Source: a virus
DNA length: 64,000 bases
Reading direction: 5' to 3' (one strand)
IMG/VR virus record: IMGVR_UViG_3300029319_000005
Location: 32,001-96,000 of that record
This document shows, piece by piece, positions 63,626 to 64,000 of this stretch. The notes below the pieces were generated by a model that was not told where the DNA came from, searched no databases, and saw only the letters and a list, made by a program, of their open reading frames with translations. The translations under genes and the position numbers were made by a program. Position 1 is the first letter of the stretch. Each line of letters opens with the position of its first letter.

Positions 63626-64000
63626 TTATTTTTTTCCTACAACCCAGTCCTTTTTGAAAGCCCTATACTTTATTCTTAATTTATTAAGATTATTAACAAC
63701 TTGTTTAGTATTCAGACCTGTGATTTCCCTTATATACAAATAAATCGCTTTTTTGTTAAAAATTTCTATATCATCTGCTTTATCAAACAGGAATCTTATT
63801 GCCTCTAAAACCTTTTTCTCGTTTTCTTTTAATTTGGAAGTTTCCCAAGTATCGATCTCCACCCAAAGATGTTGCCAGAATTCATACTTTTCTCTTTCGT
63901 TCAAATATTCATTTTGAACAGAAAGGTAGCCCGTCTCTAATTCGCTAGATAAATCATCAAAATTTACTTCTCTTTTTAAGTTTTTAGAATTCTTTTTAAC
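63626..64000 (-). CDS. Putative sigma-like transcription factor, C-terminal part (gene starts outside the window)
   Basis: The frame stays open to position 64000 (VKKNSKNLKREVNFDD...). It ends in an HTH-like IYLYIREITGLNTKQVVNNLNKLR segment reminiscent of sigma region 4. Confidence 0.45.
   Translation of the reverse strand, partial: VKKNSKNLKREVNFDDLSSELETGYLSVQNEYLNEREKYEFWQHLWVEIDTWETSKLKENEKKVLEAIRFLFDKADDIEIFNKKAIYLYIREITGLNTKQVVNNLNKLRIKYRAFKKDWVVGKK

Noticed and set aside
1-64000. Stop-codon reassignment, as seen in some large phages
   Set aside because: Genes are full-length under the standard code and end in TAA, TAG and TGA at sensible positions.
1-64000. tRNA genes, CRISPR arrays, introns, inteins, transposases
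   Set aside because: Intergenic gaps are mostly under 120 bp with no cloverleaf or repeat-spacer pattern seen; terminase, portal and primase have normal lengths without splicing motifs.

Overview
This 64-kb window is the virion morphogenesis region of a large, distantly T4-like myovirus. It is densely coding, the credible genes all lie on the minus strand, and the standard genetic code is used. In transcription order (high to low coordinate) it encodes: a truncated sigma-like factor; a baseplate spike module split over three genes, one of them an M15-like peptidase; a 2956-aa giant protein; gp25- and gp6-like wedge proteins; a 2898-aa LamG protein and further baseplate/fibre proteins; an inserted DNA-metabolism block (RuvC, primase, single-chain Mre11-Rad50); a probable lysis cassette; terminase; portal; prohead protease; small putative head-internal proteins; ribosomal protein bS21; scaffold; major capsid; neck; sheath; tube; tail chaperones; and the start of the tape measure. 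Signals not shown by the ORF track: (1) a +1/-2 frameshift site joining gp26-like and gp51-like chaperone frames; (2) a recurrent upstream motif ACTATTTA whose core is the reverse complement of the T4 late promoter core; (3) a 16-codon ORF (MRRRNIPDVRRCCKGS) coupled to the prohead protease; (4) strong enrichment of [S/T]-[G/A]-S tripeptides in putative exterior virion proteins; (5) a shared N-terminal motif on small putative head-internal proteins; (6) a near-consensus sigma70 promoter and widespread Shine-Dalgarno use alongside a phage bS21. All calls come from motif recognition and gene order; no database searches were run.
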